A stretch of DNA of 64,000 nucleotides from the human T2T-CHM13v2.0 reference genome, Homo sapiens: NCBI RefSeq assembly GCF_009914755.1, contig NC_060927.1. One strand, 5' to 3'. Position numbers and translations under genes: made by a program. The stretch's first letter is position 1. Every line of letters starts with the position of its first letter. The notes under the pieces are model-generated. The model worked only from the letters and a program-made list of their open reading frames with translations. It made no database searches and was not told the origin of the DNA. Of the stretch, positions 58,271 to 64,000 are shown in pieces.

Positions 58271-58615
58271 TATTAGTTAGGATAGTTCAGGTAGTGCTGT
58301 AGTAACAAATACTTACCAAATCTCGGTACTGAAAACAAGGGTTTATTTCTTACTTATGCTACTTGTTCATCATAGGACAGAAGGAGTTCTTTGCAGACTA
58401 ATAGTTGTCATTTCCAACACTTTTGACCTCCATGCCAGAGTAAAAGAGCTCTGAGGGTCTCAAACTGGCAATTCCACACTTTGACCTGGATGTAATACAT
58501 GTCACTTCTTATATAGCTCCTTAGCCAAAACTATTCACATGGCCCTACCTAGCCATAGGGTTGCCACAGAGCAGAGAGCTGGAAATATGTGGAGAACAGT
58601 GTCAATAAGTTTGTA
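58271..58615 (-). mobile_element. MLT1 (J/K/L-like) LTR
   Basis: tattagttaggatag...gctgtagtaacaaa...gtttatttctt...ttcacatggccctaccta. Confidence 0.7.
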
Positions 58616-58634
58616 ATAGTAATAATGGTTGACA

Positions 58635-58805
58635 ATCATTGTGTGCTTCTTAGTACCAGGCACTGTTGTAAGTGCTTTAGATGGGTAGAGTCCTTTAGTA
58701 CTCATCAAGTGGGTATGATCATGATTCCCATTGTACAGATGACAACCCAAGGCACAAAAGGGTAGACCAACCTGCACAGAAGAGACAGAGCAGGGATTTT
58801 GCTTG
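58635..58805 (-). mobile_element. MIR
   Basis: ccaggcactgttgtaagtgcttta...cccattgtacagatga. Confidence 0.7.
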
Positions 58806-60964
58806 TGTGACATTGATGTGTGTCTCAAACTATAATGGATTTGAATGCATTTTTTAAAATGTAAAAGGAAGATACAAATATAGTTGAGAATCTTCTGTTC
58901 TGAAAAATAAGAGATGAGGTTTGGTGATCCCCAAGCCTCCCTAAAATTTCACCTGGATCAGCCCCAAATGACCTACACTTACAATGACTGCTGTGTTCTT
59001 TTGGCGCCTCATCTTCAGAAACCAGGGGCCCTCTCCTGGCCACTGACTTACGTCGTAGCTTAGCAGAGGGGCATTGTCCCAGCGTTTCGGTAGATACTTC
59101 CTCCTTTGACTTATTTAACCTTTCTATTTTGGGAGTTTTCTAACGTGTAGAAGAACAGTAGAGTGGCCACAGTCTACTCCATTATCAATGATCAATACAC
59201 AATTACCAATACATTCTCAATCTTGCTTAATTTCACTTTGCAAGTTAATCTGGCTGCTTGTCAAGCTGAGCTGTGAACACAAACTGTGTTCTTGGGGTTG
59301 CGGGGTATAGAGCTCCTAAAACAGGAAGCCAGTGACCAGGGGAGGGCCAGAGAGGACATGTGGAGGACAGAATTGAAGGGCTTCAACTGGAAAAGAGGGC
59401 GTCTCTAATCAATAGTTTAGACAAGTTTGCAAGTGGAAGATAAATGATATGACAATATTTAATCATTCATAGGACATTCTTGTAATGTAAGGGGGAAAAG
59501 GAGAAATATGTTGTTAATAGGGAGCCAGAATTATTACCTTTCTCCGTAGCTCCAACTGTAATCTTGCCTGCTATTGAGGTAGTTAATAAACCAAAGCCTG
59601 TGAGCTCTGTTCAATGGGACAGCAACCAGAGAGGCTTCTTTCCAAGCCCTCCCACCAGGCCAAGAAGCAGCTGAGCTGGATAGAAAGCATGCCTTCAGCA
59701 CCCTGGGTTTCCTCTTCAGTGGCATCCAGAGGACCCTGGGTCACTTCACCTCTCTGTCTCTTTCTGAAAAACGTATATAATAACCGTCTGGGTGACTCAC
59801 AAATCTATTATAGCATTTAATTAACAAATGTTCCTCAAGTGCTTTGAGCTCCCTGTTTGGATAGATGTGACTGAAATGTAAAATACCTTTCACTGCCTTA
59901 TTTATTGCTCCAGCGAACACGCTATATGCTGGCACCATTTATCTTCATTTTAATTTTATCTCCCACAAATATAGGCATTAATTTAAATCACATACAGAAC
60001 ATAACAGTTTTTATAGAGGCAAACTTATTCCAGTGTGCTGCATTTTAATATCGCACTTTACCATCTTTTCTCACTTGATTCAAGAATAGTATCTCTTCCT
60101 GCCTCAGCATTTAATCTTAGGACAACAGAAACTTTTTTGTGTGTGCATGTTCTTGCTCTCAAACTTTGTTTCTCACTGCTTTGCTGCTTGTTGCCTGAAA
60201 GTTGTTCTGTCAGTGTGAGCACAGGTGTAAGTAATTCCATTTCTCTTTTGCCAGCTTAATTTCCTGTGTGTGTGTGTGTTGTGGGGGCTAAGGGGGGTGT
60301 GTAACATGATGGATTTTACAGCTGAAGCTTATACTCATTCATCTTCAGATATCTTTTCTAATAGAAATAAAGACAATAAAAGTGATACCCTCCTCCTGAA
60401 ATTTACACATTAAAGACCCCTTCAAACTGCTCACTTTTTTTCTGTCTTTTTTTTCATTCAGAGGCAAAATTTCCCCCTTTTTTTCATCACTGTTACGTTT
60501 GCGGCAGATGAGTCTCTTCCTTGAGGGGAAACGTGGTAAATGGGCCTGCTGTATTTACAGCTATGAAACATTCCAGTTGGCTGTCACACCCTAAGCAAGG
60601 AAGGTTTCCCCATCCTTAATTTGCGGCCTGAAAAGCTGTGGCTCTCCTCAATTAAGACTTTCCAAATTGCCTCTGACATGGCAGCATATTCCCAGGAGTC
60701 AGGTCCTGGGAGGCAGTAATAACATGAGCACTGCTGTATAACAACGTAGTTTTACAAGCCATTTTGTGCTCTTTTCAGAAGCTTTCAGGATGCTTTTTCT
60801 CTGAAGTTGTAAATTAAAAAGAAAACAAAACTTATTTTGATTTTTTGTTTTTAGTTTTCCTAGTCTCTGAATGTCTAGGTTTAGGGACATCTGTCATAGT
60901 CTTATTTATTTATTTTACGTTTAGTCTGGATTTAAAATGTACAAATTAATGTTTAAGTTCTCTG

Positions 60965-61110
60965 TTTTATTCCTGTAACAATCCTACAAGAACAGGTTCC
61001 ATTATTGTGTTCATCTTGCAGATGAGGAAACAAGGCCTAGAGAAGTTAAATATTTTTTTCTGAAATGGTACAGCTAGTACGTGGCAGGGCTCAGATTTTG
61101 GATCAGGTCC
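60965..61110 (-). mobile_element. MIR
   Basis: catcttgcagatgaggaaacaaggcctagagaagttaa. Confidence 0.75.
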
Positions 61111-63231
61111 ACCTTAACTAAATATGCTTTTGATGTAGCTCTCTTCAGGCTGAATTCTTGACCTCTCATTTGATGCTGACTCTTCTCAAACCCTTAGTCT
61201 TTGTGCTACTAGGTAGATTTTATCTGTGGCAAGAACACGGTTACCCTGGAAACCCACTAGCTAGAATGGCAAGCCAATTATAGCACCACCGCTTTTTTTA
61301 AATTAAATTAGCGCTGCTGATGACGTGGACTTCTTGATTGAAGCATGCTGAGAAATGGGTTCTCACCAGTTGTTCCTGCCTCTTAGGATCATGTGGGATC
61401 ATTCTCATCTATTCTATCAAGCCAAACAAGAAAATGCCTCTATGTGATTGACTGGATTTGAGGAATAAAATGTGATGATCTTTTAGGACCCTGAGCTTTC
61501 AGTAGTGAGTAGACATGCATGGAAATGTTTGGAAAGAAGCCCTATTGGAGAAGAAGCCTGTCATCTGGATACTTTCCACCCCCAAGCACACAAGGTCCAC
61601 TGATTTAAAGCCCTGCTCTTAACTACTGAGGCTAATGTTCTCTATTTTAGTATTTCTTATTTTATTTAAGGCCATTGGTTTAAATCCAGACTTGATTCAG
61701 GAAAGGTTGTAGCCCTTTGATATTCTTTGGTCTTTGCACACTTCTAATAGGGCAGGAATTTGCTTTAGTTCAAACCAATTGGTGCATTTCCTTTAAGTAC
61801 ACAGAATTTAAACAATTGAATTGATATGGCCACTGTTGAACTGAGTGGTACCAGGTTGGAGGAAAGGACATTCATTATATGTTAGTGGGTTGTGGGCTCA
61901 CTCTCTGAGATGGTAAACGGTAGGCTGGTAGAATGTTGAGTAGTTCATTCTGCATAACACACATGGCGCCAGGCACATTACCTAGTACCTCTATGATTTT
62001 CATCCGCTTTATTTTCTGTTTTGTAGAGTAGGTAAAGGTAAGGAGACGGGCTTGCTCATTTGCAAGGCTATTCTGTGATGCAGGGTTCTGAGTACAGGAT
62101 TCCTTATTTGCAGTCCAGTGCTCTTCACTTTATACCACCAAGTCACCAGAGTCTCAGGGCCTGTCTTCTGTATCGCAGAAAACAAATCAAGGATTAGCAA
62201 CACTGAATCTTAATTCTTGAAGTTCTAACAGGAAAATTATGTTAGTCTTGCTACATATCGTAGGCATATTTTGTCCAAAATGAGAGTAATCAGGGAGGAG
62301 AAGAGGCTGCATCTTACTGTGTCCTGATGGGTGATACTTCCGTGACTATCTCCATCACCAGTGAGCAGATTTCCAGAAGTCATAGTTCAAAACGATGAAG
62401 AGAATTACACATTTTCAGAAAACATTGTACATTCTTTGTTAACTTTTCCACTTGTAAAATAATTTGTTTTCAGACATCCAGGTCCTTTCTCCATGATTTA
62501 CTGCGTTGGTGACATTAATCAGCGTGGTTATCTTGGAGCCTCATTTCCCCTTGGGTAAAATGGAAGGATAACATTGGCAATCATACAGACGTGTTGTGTA
62601 GAAAGGAGTAAGAAGCATTTTGGAAGTGGCAAAGTGGCAATAATCCCCTGTAAGACAGTAGCTGTTTTTAAGATCACTGAGCTCTCAAACACTGGCTTTT
62701 TCTGCCTCACACTTTCTAGATTTGTAAGACTTAATCTGAAAATATCTTTGCTATTCATTATGTATAATTGTAGGGCTTTGGATTTAAAAAATCCTAATTC
62801 TGTTATTTCCCTGACAATAACAAATTATTCTCATCTAATTTTCTCTTATGTGAAATAAGACATACACCCTAGTTACTTCCATGCCTAATATGATTGACAA
62901 ATCTATATGTTATCTGAATTGTGAATATATTTTCATACATATAGAAGTACATGTGTGTATTTCTTGAAATCTAATGGTCAATATACACTAACCAGTTATT
63001 TCTGGGATTTTGGGAACAGGCTTCTTTCTATACTTCTCTACTTATCTTTAAATTTTCTCTAATGAGCCTACTTTGCTTTTGTTTTACATACAGTAATTAA
63101 TATATTTATAAATGTATGTATACTATATATTTTAATAAATTTATATAAGTATATGTATGTATATACATATGTTTTGCAAGTAAAAAAACTTTAGTAATAA
63201 ATATCTACAAAGGCAAATTAAAAACTATTAC

Positions 63232-63505
63232 ATTTTTTCTCCCTCCCTTCCTTTCTACTGTTTCCCTCCTCTCCTCTCTTTGGTTTCCTTCCTTCCTTTG
63301 TTCCTTCCTTCCTTCCTTCCTTCCTTCCTTCCTTCCTTCTGTCCTTCCCTTCCCTCCCTCCCTCCTTCCTCCCCTCCCCTCCCCTTCCTTCTTCTTTCTT
63401 GCCCTTTCTTTCTCTCTCTCTCTTTTCCTCTCCCCCTTCTGTCTTCCTCTCCCCACCTCCATCTCCCTCTCTCTCTCCTCCCTCCCTGCCGCCTTCCTTC
63501 TTTCC
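63232..63505. repeat. Polypyrimidine low-complexity tract including (TTCC)9
   Basis: About 270 bp almost purely C/T; nine consecutive TTCC at 63301-63336. Confidence 0.95.
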
Positions 63506-63778
63506 AGAAAGTCACTAACCAGAATCTTTCACACAATAAACTGTGAAACCTAGATCTTAAATGTACTACAGTAGAAAAAGAGATGAGATTTTTGAAAGAT
63601 GATGGCTTGTCCTTGTCTCTGTACTTGAATCTATCTCAAAACAAAGATATAACTATTGTTTTTAATAATAATTTCAATATAGAGTGACCATCCTTGCCTA
63701 CTACCCTGAAGAGAGAGAGCATTTACACATAAGACTGGTGGTTGCAGTAAACCCCTTTCAAGTGGAGTGGCCACTATG

Positions 63779-63856
63779 GTCCTTCCTCTTCCCTTCCTTC
63801 CTTTCATTCCCTTGCCCTTTCCCCACTTTCCTTCTCTTCCTTTCCTTTTTTCTTTT
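63779..63856. repeat. CT-rich low-complexity tract
   Basis: Directly visible. Confidence 0.85.
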
Positions 63857-64000
63857 AAGGTTCATAAAATCTTGATTGGCCTCCTTCCTAGCAGCCAGGA
63901 GTTTGGGTCCCTAATAGCTAAAGCTTATATACTTTATTTTCTTCTTTCTCCAGATGGCTGTGGCTATGAATTTTACTCCCCATCCCAGGACTACCCCTGC

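Noticed and set aside
63205-63546. R/E/G-rich and L/P/S-rich ORFs
   Set aside because: Translations of a low-complexity C/T tract.

Overview
This is primate, almost certainly human, genomic DNA inside the LPP gene (LIM domain containing preferred translocation partner in lipoma, zyxin family), transcribed on the + strand. The only credible coding sequence is one 123-bp phase-0/0 exon (10247-10369, GNPGGKTLEERRSSLDAEIDSLTSILADLECSSPYKPRPPQ) that carries the LPP nuclear export signal. The rest is intron: about 10 kb upstream and at least 53.6 kb downstream. It is filled with Alu, L1, L2, MIR, MaLR/ERVL LTRs, hAT MITEs and microsatellites. The other listed ORFs are repeat-derived or spurious. 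I see no new multi-gene system. The most notable observations are: (1) an Alu split by a ~290-bp templated copy of unique sequence from 2.3 kb downstream; (2) a very young L1 with the rare ACG/A diagnostic combination and a perfect 18-bp target-site duplication (TSD); (3) perfect hairpins created inside old MER5A and MIR copies; (4) a symmetric NES exon bracketed by inverted Alus and followed by a strong cryptic acceptor; (5) candidate recursive splice sites; and (6) minus-strand signals consistent with an antisense lncRNA. Repeat subfamily calls are by eye and most boundaries are approximate.
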